64,000 bases of DNA, from contig CM120649.1 of assembly GCA_051362555.1 (NCBI GenBank), forward strand, positions 10,664,001-10,728,000, given 5' to 3'. Positions 1 to 13,268 of this stretch are shown in pieces. A model generated the notes under the pieces. That model was given only the letters and a program-made list of their open reading frames with translations, ran no database searches and had not been told where the DNA came from. The first letter of the stretch is position 1. Every line of letters starts with the position of its first letter. The translations under genes were made by a program, and so were the position numbers. The DNA comes from Lingula anatina (taxonomy: Eukaryota > Animalia > Brachiopoda).

Positions 1-1415
1 GTCAAAAAAGTATCCATATTTCGGCAACTACTGCATAGAAGAATTTGAAATTTTGCATGCAAGCGGTCAGTTTTGCAGTGCGTAAGATGAGTCAAGTAGT
101 GCATTACACATTTGTTAATCTAAGGCAGAATGGCGCGAAAAAGACAGACATAACCAGACAGATCATAGCGCCAAACGGAACGGTCCCCACAAATTTATAG
201 AGTAATGCCCAGACTGATGTACCTACACAGAGGTCACCCCCAATGTATCACAATTTTACCTACAGGGTACAGGACCCACTGTCTTTCGGGATACGCTGCT
301 GCAACTAAACAAAAAACACTTAGTCCGATCAGAACGAGGGGTAAATTGTCACTAATTTGCGTTTTTTAAAGCCCTTAGCGAACACCAAACTGGTTTTAGC
401 AGGTAAGAACACCAAATGACCTCCGAGGTACCCACTGTATACAGCAAAACATCGTCGTCTGTTTCTCTAATGAATTGGAGGCCATAAACGATTCTGGGTA
501 GAACAATGAAACTGCGTGGCTTTCTTTATTGAGGTCAGATTTCACCTGTACCGCCCAATTAGTCAAAACAGAGTTTACAGATATCCAGAAGAGGCCTACG
601 ACGAAGCATATGCCGGGTCTAAAGTGACAAGGGTGATTGACAGCGTCAGTATTTGGAGTAGATTCCACATTGGTGCCAAAACACCAATGGTAGTCATCGA
701 CGAAAACCTGAACCAGATCAAATAAAGGAATAATCTCGGAACCACTTGTCTATCATTTGATAGGGGGCACCTTAGGAACAATTCTAGGTTGCACGATGAG
801 GTTGCAGGTTCACACAGAGCACTTTTAATAGCAGATAACTTACAGAACCAAGGGAATGAGCAGCTACCCTGGTCATCAAAATCGCCACATTTGAACCACA
901 TAGACAATGTTTCGGTAGACCATTACTCACCAATCAACTGCCTACATGTCCTACAACAAAACTGGACCAGATTGGACAATTTTAGACCGTTTCCTGGAAT
1001 GCTATTCCAGATTGAACTCTAAAAACCTACCCCCAAGAAATGCCTTGCCGTTTGAGAGCGCTGGCAACAGCCACGAAGAGGCCAGGCGTTACAACGACCA
1101 TTACTGTGACTAGCAACTGACATTAGGGTCTTTTGTGGAGCGTATTACCCTTTTACAGACGATAATTTGTAAAATATGGAGATCCAAAATGTCTCTTTTA
1201 ATGGTTGTCGTATGACATAGAGTAGGCAATGTGTTTTTGTTTGCTTCTCTGGCGAATTCCATTAATGAACCGATGTCACAATGACATCAAAGAGATAATT
1301 TATAGTTCTTAAAACACGATTTTAATCCTTATTTTCATTTATCAGTGAGCAAAATAGGAAAAAACTGATAAAAAATTATTTCGAAAAAAATATTCCATAT
1401 TAAATGTCAAGTCTG
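1..1415 (+). mobile_element. Decayed Tc1/mariner DNA transposon, copy A (5' part outside window)
   Basis: Translation of ~505-915 (FFIEVRFHL..RVYR..SVSIWSRFH..KTPMVVIDENLN..LHDEVAGSHRA..LPWSSKSPHLNHIDNV) is a stop-disrupted Tc1 DD34E catalytic domain (consensus FSDESRF, QDNA..H, WP..SPDLNPIEN). Ends in TATTCCATATTAAATGTCAAGTCTG followed by TA. Inverted copy at 31515-33139. Confidence 0.85.
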
Positions 1416-1601
1416 TATTTACCAAGCTTAAGCCACTTTCGCGAATAATATGGCACCGACCTTTCACAAATCTATCACAAGGTGACCCAAGCGTGTCCAT
1501 AATATACGGAACAATCTGGCGTTACCTGAAACTGCCATCTTGCCAATGGAAGTCCTATTATATGCATCCCATCCCATAAAGAGAAATGTTCTAATACTTA
1601 C

Positions 1602-1790
1602 TATCTGCAAGGCTATATCGGTTCTGGTCTGCCCCTTAGTTTGCTGGATCTTATCTATGGCTTTGTTTAGTGATTCGCGACTAAAGTGGTCTTTCAAGTT
1701 GAACTCTATTTTGGTCTGGTAAGGCGTGTCCGAGCTGAATACCATGGCTCCGATACGTGTTCCTGATCCATCGTCTTGGATATTGAATTC
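1602..1790 (-). CDS. VWA gene exon (VWA middle part, 63 codons)
   Basis: TTTCAG acceptor and GTAAGT donor, phase 0-0; EFNIQDDGSGTRIGAMVFSSDTPYQTKIEFNLKDHFSRESLNKAIDKIQQTKGQTRTDIALQI. Confidence 0.88.
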
Positions 1791-2334
1791 CTGAAATCCA
1801 ACCCATCAAAAACTTCAGTGACATAAACTGCGTGGATTTGTGCCATCGTGGTTAAATTTCCATTCATATTCTCTCAGAATTTTAAAAGTGGGCGCTATTT
1901 TCACGAAATAAAACAAAAATGACCTTGGAACCGTCAAATGAGCATTGTTTGTATTCAGAAGCTTTAAGTATAAATATAAAAATCAATCATTGGCAATGGT
2001 ATTGTATCTTAGCAGCCATAGGTGGAATCGTATTAGGAAACGTTTGTTTTTCACGTAAATATACCTAATGAAGCTAGGAGCGAGCAGAGGATACTATTCA
2101 TTGTCTTTAAAAGATCGGAAGGACTCCTATCTTATTTGTACCTACATGTAGCAAAGAACTTTCTGTAAAAGTTAAGTAAAAAACAACACAACAAAGTAAC
2201 ATATACCTTGATGAAGCTCTTCAGAAACCCAATCATCCTTTCCTTGAAATCCACGGGCCAAATGCTTCTGGACCCGTCTATAACGAAGACGATATCAGCC
2301 GGCTGACCGCAAACTGAAAGATAGGAGATGGCAC

Positions 2335-2379
<45 letters not shown>

Positions 2380-3032
2380 CCCACACAAATTTTAAAGACT
2401 ATTATAGAAGCAATGAGTCAAATATAGTGGAATAATTGATACGCTTGGAAGTGTTATGTCAAATCAAAGAAACTACATGAACATGAAAAATATTAAATTA
2501 TTTTGATGATGGACTGATTGAATGGTTTGATATTAGTAATTGTGGAAAACTTCCAATACTAAAGACACTCGCACACGCTGTCATCTTTCCTAACAGCCGC
2601 AAGCACTTACCGTACATCCATTTTGCACACACATTCGCAAGCACACACACACACACACACACACACACGTACACGCCACGAACAGCACCTACTGTAAGTT
2701 TTGTATCTTCTAGCTTCAACAACCCACCGCTCCTAGAATGCCAGTGAAATACAAGTATAAGATCTGAACCTTTCAACTAAATTCAACAACAGCAAATTGT
2801 AGTTGTGCACCTTAATTCGCTTTGACAAAAATATAAGCAACAGATATTGTTTGAATGTGTTTGCAGGTTGTGTTAACAAACCACATGCAGCGTGATGTTG
2901 ACTACCAAGACATCACATGCTGCACAGTGCACGGCGGTACTAAACGTGAAAACGCCCCTCTACTGTCACTCCCCCCTTTTCTATAACTTGTAACATTGTA
3001 AAGTCCACTGAACATATATGGTTTCTAGACTC

Positions 3033-3075
<43 letters not shown>

Positions 3076-4712
3076 CATTATTACAGAGTGTGCAACCTGT
3101 TTACCCAATAATCCAAGCTTACAAGTTCATTTCTTTCACATACCCATTGTCGGCGAATTAAGTTTCTGGATAAAAGAACAAAAAACAAGTCCAGACGTCT
3201 TTATGGAGACACCACGGATGTTTCTAATGCTTGCTTCGTATCACTTCTAAATAACTGGCGGAAATGTGTTTTTGACAATTATACTGTTGACTTAGTAAAC
3301 GAGCAGCAATATATCATCGAATTGGCATAAATTGCATAATTAATATCCTACTCGGGAGTAGAAGCTCTTTTGGTGACGCCGAGCGTTAATTTGCAGACAC
3401 AGTTGGTTCACATTCTTGGCTGATATACACTAAAATAGTTTGAATCATGTCAGTTGGCTTCATCAAATAATCAGACTGATGAACACGGTGCATTCCCCAG
3501 TCTGGTGCGCGGTAAAGATTCTTACACATTCAGGTCGGCTAGATAGAGACAAACTACACTGATCAGTGGATTGTCCGCCAATTCTATCATAGACAGATAT
3601 TTTTATGGTCGTCGTTAACTCCTGGCTGACACTGAAATATTAGAATACCACACTCATCTCGTCTGATCAAACGCTAAAATAATTATCTGAGACTGCTCAA
3701 CTCCCATAGCGTATCAAAGATTACTAAGGCATAAAAACACTTTGGTAAAATAATATGGTAGTTAAATGTGAAATAATATTGTAGGTTAAATAGCGTAACG
3801 CCGGATACGAACAAGCCAAACCTTTTACATCATTAACCACAGAATTAATCTGCCTCTCCAATTCCGAGCCCTGACTTGTAACTGCATTATACGTACATGT
3901 AATGTCTGATTATATGAAATTATGTTCTTGGGGAAATAGTCTTATTGCGGAACTAAGTAGGTCAAACGTTGAGTAATTACACCAAAATCAATCAAACTCA
4001 TTTCTGACGCCTGATATCCTACACCGGGAGCAACGAGGTCTACCCACTAATACGAAAATAATTACGGGCTTTATTGTTACTATTCCCCTAAAACAAGGCT
4101 GGCAATTTCCTCTCTTTCCCATCGTGTGTGCTGTATATCTAACTGTTGATGGTTGGTAATTGTTTTGTGTGAAGTGAGGGTTTGAAGAAGAATTGCCATT
4201 TGTTCACTTTATAATAACCGGTGATGGTAATGGCGGTCCGTTAGGAAACGTTGTCCATTGCTAGGAACCGCGGTACATTTACCATTTCTTTGAACAAGTG
4301 GTATTCGTCACTTGTATTTCTAACTAATCCTAAACTGTATTTCTAACTAATCCTAAACCTTACTGGACCCTGTATTTATATCTGTAGGATTTTTTCAGTT
4401 GTCACATGTTTTATCTGTTTCGGACACTACTGTGTCTAGTTTGAAATTAATCAACACACGTCGGAAGCTCGTGACACGCATTTTTTTCTGTAGTATATTA
4501 TTCAGGTTTTATAATGTAAACAGGAACCACCAGTGATTTTCAAAAATTTGAAATAATGATAAACCTGTTTTGTGCCGTGATGAACCTCGAAAACAAAAAT
4601 GCGGGTAGCAAGATAGATTTTAAAATATTTTTATGATGATAAATTGAGTATGAAATGTACTTACTGCTACCACCGTGGCCATAGCGATTAACAACAATGC
4701 AGACAATTTCAT
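1602..4712 (-). CDS. Secreted von Willebrand factor A (VWA) domain protein, 5' part; continues beyond left edge
   Basis: Exons 4712-4665 (GCCACC-ATG, MKLSALLLIAMATVVA, GTAAG donor), 2313-2207 (CGQPADIVFVIDGSRSIWPVDF..., MIDAS DxSxS) and 1790-1602 (TRIGAMVFS...IEFNLKDH...KGQTRTDIALQI). Canonical splice sites. A linking phase 0-to-1 exon is unresolved. Confidence 0.8.
2207..2313 (-). CDS. VWA gene exon (MIDAS motif)
   Basis: CTTTCAG acceptor, GTATAT donor, phase 1-0; CGQPADIVFVIDGSRSIWPVDFKERMIGFLKSFIK. Confidence 0.88.
2335..2378. repeat. (AAT)n microsatellite
   Basis: Seen directly. Similar tracts at 3032-3083, 13224-13268 and 24008-24047. Confidence 0.95.
4665..4712 (-). CDS. VWA gene signal-peptide exon
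   Basis: Kozak GCCACCATG, hydrophobic MKLSALLLIAMATVVA, GTAAGT donor, acceptor at 4760. Confidence 0.75.
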
Positions 4713-6932
4713 GGTGGCTGCTTTACAGGGTAATTATGATGCTGCTGTTGAAATTGACGCTGAAATACAATGAAAATATAAGGTAAAACAGAAATTTTAG
4801 GGATTTCTAGTCATCAAAATGTTCATCTAATTGTGTTATTGCTTTTTGTGTAACAAAATTCAGCAAGGTATCCACCATCAAGATCTTTTGTTTCGCTTAA
4901 TGTCAGACTGCAGTTGGTGACTGAGGCTTACGAATCAGGCCAATGATACCGCTTCTGAAAGTAACTTTGAAACACCCAGCGCAAAAAGGAAACACACAAA
5001 CACATCACCAGTAAACATGTTTGATCGTTAATTTGTAAGTTCGATAATTTTTAAAAGTAAAGAAATAGCAGTTAGTCCCTTATATTGATTAACAACGAAC
5101 CTTACACTGACTTAACCGGGATTTCCCTCAGCGGTGGGCAACGGTAATTTTCTTTCCTTTTTGTCTTGCTCAGCTCGGTATTTAAAAGAGCAGTAGATAA
5201 TAAAAAACATCTCTTCTTTAATATGTAAGACACATATTTTATAAAGGCCACGACGAAACAAGTACATGTACATGAGTAGCGTAATGATATAGGATAATAT
5301 TTCATGTATATACTTAACTATAAAGTATGCTATAAAACCCACAGAACATGATAAGTTTTTACAAAGACGACAGTTATGCCATATGACTTATTGTTAAACT
5401 GATCTGATCTTTCTTAGTTAATATTTGGGGAGAGTGAGAAGGGGGTGAAAGGGGGGGGGGTCAGAAGTACGTGCCCCCCCCTCTCCCCCCGGACCAGTTA
5501 CAGAAAACCCTATGGTGATAAATGTATGTGATGACTTGTCCGCTCTGGAACAAACGGCACAATGCCGGTAGAGATAAGAATTTAGGACCGACACGGAAAT
5601 TTAAAATGATAAAAAGGCATATTGGAATTACTGTATCTGTTTGACCTGATCAATTTCTGTATCAGTATTCTGCTGTTTTCAGCTATTTTCTTTGTTATTT
5701 ATTTTATTCTGCTGTATTATTAAAATACATTGATATGTATTTGAAAAAAATTTGTCAAAATCACCTGGGGTAAAAAGATGTAGTTCTTAAGCATATGTGT
5801 TGAATAAAACCGAAAATGTGGCGTCATATTGGGTATAACATTTGGATTTTTTGATAGAGATATGTTTTACGAACGGAATTTTATAAAAATTTCAGAGTTT
5901 CCGAATAAATCTTAGAACTTGTAAGAAATGAAATCCCGAATGATAAAGGACATAAGCAGTTTCATTTAGAGATCTTAACAGATATGCTATTTAGATGCTC
6001 TGTTTTAATTACATATTCTTTTGCAGTAGAAATTTCACTAATGTCCAAATTTACGGTGAATATAAGATGTAAACAATTAGGACAATATGATAAGAAAAAT
6101 ACGGCTATAAATTCATACTAAGTTTCAATACTTAAGGCTGTTTACAATGTTATACACGCGTTTGCAGAGATCCAAGCTGTCCGCAGTTACGAAATTTGTT
6201 GCAGATTTTAAAACAGAAAATATTATATAACCAAAAATACTGGGGACCAAGCTTTTTTTAAACTGGTTCTAGGGATTGAGTAAGTTACGGAAACAAGTGT
6301 TAAAAATGTCATTAACACGTTTTTAACACGTCGTGTCTATTAAAAAAAAACTGATACGGAATTTGCCAAATCAGGCTTGCATACATTTTCTTTCCATAAA
6401 TAAGTTTTAAGTTTGCGTTTCTAAAGAGTCAATAAAAACGTATGCCCTTTTCCTTCTGTCTGCAAGTTTATATCTTATAAAACAACATTTGCACTACTTC
6501 TTCGACCAATTTACTCTGACATAATAGAATATATTATTTCACATAGTTGATTTTTTAATGAAAAGGCCTTTAAACTACCAGTGTACATTATCTATCTTGA
6601 CCACGTATTTCAAGTAATTTGCCCATAAGCACTTACAGGCACGCCTTTTTAGGTTTTCAGTCGTTACCTCTCGTTCAAAAATCTCACACACGTCGAAAAC
6701 CACTGTGGCCACATTTGAAAAGAGGAGATACACTATATAAGCACCACAGAAAACAACTCGAAACAAACGAAACTCGCTGCTTTTTTTTCTTGAATTCGGA
6801 ATACTCAGTCTACAATAATAATAATAACAATAACAAATAAGAATTTTGTACTTTCTTCACTGTGTCCGAAATCAAAAATGCAGCGTGGAAACACATGAGT
6901 TTTTCTCCAAAGGCAGATTCCTGGGTACTTAC

Positions 6933-7006
6933 CTCGTATCTTCTGAACCACGGTGTCGTTAACAACGGTACATGTGGTTTCTGTCCCGTTTCGATACGGT
7001 TATATA
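6933..7006 (-). promoter_or_regulatory. Candidate TATA promoter and short non-coding first exon of the VWA gene
   Basis: TATATAA (minus strand, 7006-7000) about 70 nt upstream of a strong GAG|GTAAGT donor at 6933. The ATG exon has its own acceptor, so an upstream exon is expected. Confidence 0.45.
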
Positions 7007-9848
7007 TGTAATAACACGGCCCGGAAATTAAGGATGACACGGGTAATCTTTTCGTGTTCTCATCCACAATTACCAAGGAGTTAATTCGTTCAGTGCCCCA
7101 CGAGGCTGCAGGTGCGGTTGGGGACGGGTGCATTGTGTTGGGGTGTTTTTTCTTTTATTGCAATCATATTGTGCTGTTTCTTTCTTACAAAAGAGCTATT
7201 CATAACGACAATACGATTTATCTCAAAGTGCCCATTTATAAACAATATCAGATTTTTACGTAACCAAAGAGCCGACGAGAAAAAATAAACCAATGAGTAG
7301 ACAGATAAAGAGAAGAAAAATTGTGAGAATAATTCCTTTTACATGCACATACATACAAACATACATACATACGCACACACGCACGCACACAGATATAGCG
7401 TCTACATACTTGTAAACAGACGGCTAGAAAAGAAAGTCGAAATATTCGTGACGGACCAACCAAAAGTCCCATCTGTTAGTAATAATGACAGACATGATGC
7501 AACATTCTGGGGAAAAATACTGCAGTTCAAGAGGTTAGATAATATGATCTAAAAGTACTTTATCTAACTACCGAACTAACTACACAACTGAAGTTAATTG
7601 CCGGCGTGGGGGTTTGTGGTCATGCACGTGCGGCAAGTGGCGGGCGCACAGTTAATACAAAACTAGACTGCAATTGCATATTTTTGTCGTAAATGGAGTT
7701 TTTGATAAGTACTTCTCTTTTTCTACGAATTATGTGGCTCCAAATTGGGCCTGCTGTCATTTAGTTTCATAGAAAGATATATACTACATGCATGTATGGA
7801 GAGATAGACTGTTAAATGCAGTAGTTACGAAAATTAACGGATGGAATTAAAGGTTGAACAAATGAACTAACGCTGGATTTCGATTGGTTAACAAATATTC
7901 TGGATATGGGAAACTGAAAAATTGCAGGCATTCTTTCTTAATATATCACTACATGAATATGTACCAAAGTAATAAAAATGTTATAATGATTCAGATAAAA
8001 AATTCTATGTGCTGATGTTCAAACGAAAACAGGTATAATGTAGTGCTCCCGATCTTTAGCACTGTAATTTCCTGTGTAATATTATAAAGCAAACTATTTT
8101 CTCTCAAGCTGCACTTGGACTACTTATAAACTGATGTACTTGAGATTTAAGAAGCGTCACTTCAGAGTCTAATGATGCTGGGGACACCCTGAAGACCAAG
8201 ATACCCAGAAAATCATTTGTCCGATCCCCCTCCCCTTACCAAAATATTCTGGAAAATATTGCGATATTAAAAGAATTTGCCAATACTTTCTCCCCCTCTG
8301 AAGAAAACAGAATCCGCCATTCATGTTCGAAAACGTACAACGACTAAGCCGGCAGCTCTGCCAGCTACGTGACAGACCAAGTTTAGTGTTATAAATTACA
8401 CAGATAAATGTTGGCAGCTTCGTGTGTGAGACCATAAATCCTTGGCCGTCACACGCGGCATCGGATGATATATTTTACTGTGTATGTATTTTCGCGAGCT
8501 TATCATTAAATTACATATCGAAACAATAACCGATAATTTGATTAAAAAGCGTAGGAAGCCATTTGATGAACCGCATGGAATAACCTCCCGATTTTGATGC
8601 AATAGGCTACGCAATGCATGGGCGTACTATTACAGGAGTATGTTTCTCCAGAATGTTTTTCTTTGGTCGTAATTAAACCTGCCAAGAATCTTAGCCGACA
8701 ATGCTGCAATTCAAAAAGGACTGCTTACCTTATTTTTTCTGTCTTAAATTCCTGGGCACAAGCTTCAGTTTTCAGCATTGATACACCAGACGTTGGTGAC
8801 AATTCAGGTTTGTCAGGACACGTCACATACATTTCATTGTAGATCTATTGATGTAACAAAAACGGTAGTCCCAGGGGTGGAAGGCCGGGGTCCCCAATGA
8901 TTAGCACAGGTTGGGGTTATTATTGGGGTCAGTGTGGAGCGATTGTGAAAATTAGCCTGTGCAAAATAATGGGAAAAGTTCTAACTGTTATATATTCTGA
9001 AAAGAGTGAAAACGTCTATGTTAACGTCAACCAGTATTATCTCGATCCGTGAATGAGTGACTAATTGTTTTAACCGACAGCGGCAATAAGTACACAACTG
9101 CAGCTGGATAATAAGCATTACAATGTCACAGAATCGTAATGAAGACATCATGTCATTATAGTCAATAGTACGTAATATCCGAAAGTGACTGAAAGTCAAA
9201 TGTAATGGAGTAATTTTTCAGTTTGTTTTATTGAAATGGCCAGGCTGAGAGCAACTTATATCCGGTGAAAATTATACTAAACATGCAAAAACACGTCCGT
9301 GTGAATAAAAACTGCACTAGAAATCATTACCTTCCTTCCAGGAGCACATTTTCGGTTTAATGCCTTCTACACGTACTGTAAACGCGGTCGCCGCCATCCA
9401 AAAGGACGGATATAAACATGTTCAGCTTAATTATCTATGCTTTACAACTGCAAATGGCCATTGCAATGATTGGCTCTCTGTTATTTTTCCAGAAATTCTT
9501 TTATTTGTCCCCAAAATCTGTTCACCGGTGCCAAAGTCTATTTTCAGCTAATTTCCTTTTAGTTATTTTCATACAGGCAACATTTATTCTTTAACTCGCT
9601 TTCTCGTCCATTCACTCGCGCTTCCTTTATTTCCTTTTTCTATCTGTCCGCTTTTGTAATTTCTTAATCTATTTTATATGTTTTTACCAGTAATTAACTA
9701 ATATTTGTACATTGTATCTATCTAAATTTGGATATAAAGAAAAGGGCAAACAAAATGCTGAAACACAAGGACAGCACCACGCATTGCTGTAAGATGGGAT
9801 ATATTACGCCAAAATGCACTGTAACGGAGATTTAGTGGAAGAAAGACT

Positions 9849-9851
<3 letters not shown>

Positions 9852-9891
<40 letters not shown>

Positions 9892-9905
9892 ATATATATA
9901 TATAT
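9852..9905. repeat. (TA)n microsatellite
   Basis: Seen directly. Another at ~16202-16259. Confidence 0.95.
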
Positions 9906-11345
9906 CTTTATGTTTTATTCATTAACATAGAAATATGGAAGTTATGAACCTAGGTCAAGCTGGTTTAAACGTAAAATTGAGTTTTATACATATTATTTTA
10001 ACCGCACGCAACCAAAGCACAGACGTGCTTTGAATACAGAATCCCTCTTTTTTATTGGCAGCTTTTGGGATGAGGGTCGAGAAATGAAACAATTTTACAC
10101 TTAACAAACAAATAGATAAATAAACAAACAATTTTTTATTCACATTTAACTTGTTAAAAGTCGCTGTAACAATATCAAATGATGGAAACGTATACATTAA
10201 AAACGTTGAATACAAGCTGTTTTGTCACCGTCACGATTTCACTTTCTATCATGTTTCATTCTCACCTGAGAAGGCGTAATATAATGTCATCAATGTGACA
10301 CTAATAGGTGATATTGCGAAGTTAACAGGTTGCTTAGGTGCAGCAAAGACTGCTTGAAGTCACGGGGCGAGTTTCATATATCAAAATAAAACGAAGCTTG
10401 AGATTGGTGACTTAAACATATGTGTTTGGAATATTTCAACTAAAACAGTTGAGTCTGAAACTGATAGTTAAGTATTCTTCCTGTCGTAAATAATAAAATA
10501 GAGAAATTAGTTTAAATTTTCTCATTCCGCACTCCTCTTGATAGTCATGTATATATGCACTGAGTCCGTAGGCAAGCATTGAGCGTCATCGATATGCGCT
10601 CAAACTTATTCTCTGAAGACACTTTATGCTAGACAGTAAAATGTGGAATTCCAATAACTCGACGTTAGCTGTTGCTTGAAAAGAAAACTAATGTTTACTC
10701 CCTCTTTACCTACCCAATCAAACCATTGTAAATTTGATTCAAATTATAAGAAGAATTTGCACCAAATCCCCCCCCCCCCAGAACAAGAAGAAAGTCATCT
10801 TGTCCGTGGTTTGTTGTGGTTTTGGGAGTCGCGCTTTGCATATTTACTATTGTCCTTAAAACTTATTTAATGTGAAATGACATGAGAGCCAAATACACAC
10901 CACACTTCTTTTTATACGACAAGTGCCAATTTAAATAGGAGTTTAATGTCGTTTTAGTTGCGGTTATTTGAATATATTCCATGGGAGTACGTAGGTCAAT
11001 GTGTTCAACAAAATGACAAGATTTCAAGGACGGGCTTTGTAGATCCGCATTACTGCGTTACTCAAGGTTGGATATTGACGCGTTAGACACAGTATTGTAA
11101 GTATTTACGGAATACATTTAAATATATAAATTATGAACTAAAACCTTGTACTAATTGTAACGGATTGTACCTGTAACTCTTTGAAGTAGATTTCCTCACT
11201 CACTGTTAAAAGATATAATATATAGGCCTATATAAGATAAATGACAAAACGATAGGCTGATTAAGTGACTCTCTAACTGAACATTCAGAAAATGCCATTT
11301 TACACTATACTTTCAGGTAATACGCATAAGATCAGAAATCTGAAA

Positions 11346-12519
11346 ATGCTGACAATCACAAAAACAACATCATTGATCATTCTTTGGCCTATTGTTGGGC
11401 TTTTGTGGCCCTGTCGATTTGGATATGGGTCATCTGTTTATAGCACGTGGTGTGGACGCCCCCTTATGGTCAACGTAACTGTGAGGAAAGACATTTTACC
11501 AGGTGTAGCAGCTCCTACTGACAGACCCGGTCTTTGGTGTTGGCAATTCACTGCATGTTCAACAGTGTCAAGATCTCCGACATGTTTGTGTTTTGGTGAA
11601 TCATACTGTAGATGTCACGTGTGCTTGTCGCGTGCCAACTTGGTTTTGTCGCTTAGCAACGAGGTCAAAACACGCGCAGAAGATGATAATTCGAAGCTGA
11701 AAAAGAAGGCAGTTTTCAATCGATTTGAAAGCAAGAGTAGAGCCGAACCGTTGATAAATTATAGGCCTAATGGCATTTCTCTGAATAAAACACGCACGCC
11801 TGAGATTGAATTAAACAAGCATAACAACAGACTAAGAAGGCAATCAAGACTGGATGGTGCTACCGGAGAGAGACTTTCAACCAGTAATCTGACAATCCCA
11901 CCAGGTATTCGTGTTTTTTCTCCGTGGACACCACAGACTCGGATACCTCCGGGAAAACCAAACACCCCTCTTGGGCCGACAGGACCTATTCCAGTGCGGC
12001 CAGGAGAACCACAAGAAAGACCACCGATTCCTAGAAACGGAAAATCTTCCCAAGCCCAGAACAGAACATTGGCTTTGTGTATTCCAGGTAAAAGTCGGGA
12101 ATTTTGCATTGGAAGGGGCATGCTTCCCTTCCTGATGACTGAGACCCCACCGTTAAGGGGTTCGTTTTCTCTATTAAAAAGCCGCGATAGTATATATCCT
12201 ATTCTAAAGGCAGAAAATGGGAGACTCCAGACAAGTCGAAAACAAGGATCTAGAGGCCCAACAGATACAAGTGGTACAGATGGAAGCCAGATATCTAAGG
12301 AAGTTGTGGAAGTCGATGTCGATGACAACAGAGCATGCCAAGGGTAATTTTCTCTCTATATGCGCTTTATTTTGCGCTTCATCCTTCCCCCACATTATTT
12401 CTCTCTTCCACTCTTTTTTAAACGCACTCTGTCTCTCTCTCGTTTCATTTTCTCTTCTTTCCTCTCTCTCTCTCTCTTATTTTATACTCACACTATCTCT
12501 CTCGATTCATTTCTCTCTC

Positions 12520-12570
<51 letters not shown>

Positions 12571-13221
12571 TACACTTTTATACACACATGCTCGACGAGA
12601 ATCTGATTTGAAGATAACCCTTAAGTAAATTTAGGAATACACGACAATTTAGATATGATTTGCTTTGATTGCTTTTGTAATGACATTCTCCATCTCCCTA
12701 TCTGTTATTGAAAATTTATCAAAGATTTTATAATCAAACAATCGTTAGTTTATCAAAGATTTTATAATCAAACATTCAGAAATTTTTCATGCTGTAATTT
12801 CCCACAGAGTTATGATGTTTAGTAAGCCGGAGCCATGGCAATATACTCACGATGACGTCACTGTTACCATGGAACCAGTAGTTTTCGGGGGACAACACCA
12901 GATGTTACCAGTCAGGATTTGCGCGTAAGTACAAAAAACAGTAACGAATACGTGAAAAAATAAAATGTTGGTGAACAACAAACGAATCCAAAGTAAATAA
13001 TGCGTCTCGTATAGACAGTGGCTGTATTTGGTTATTATTTTTTTTATCGATTGGTTGTGTTCTACATTTTTCAAATTTTGCAAATAAACGATTGTTTTAT
13101 TTTATTTTACCTTATTTTTCCTTTTGGGCATGTACCAAGTAAACGCGTAACAAAACTAATATAAGAAAGGATGGTGCCGCAATGCCAGCTGTTTATGCGT
13201 CTTTTCCCTTTTATTATCACG

Positions 13222-13268
<47 letters not shown>

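Noticed and set aside
5118-5127. NF-kB-like site GGGATTTCCC
   Set aside because: A single short match is expected by chance in 64 kb.
8729-9397. Possible extra minus-strand gene (ATGGCGGCG exon 9397-9331; exon-like 8844-8729)
   Set aside because: Phases are incompatible, joining gives immediate stops, and no domain is recognisable.
11759-12328. 189-aa minus-strand ORF
   Set aside because: Antisense shadow of the Pro/Gly-rich coding exon.
12809-12822. Possible 14-nt micro-exon in the cystine-knot gene
   Set aside because: It would shift the frame; the flanking exons already join in phase.
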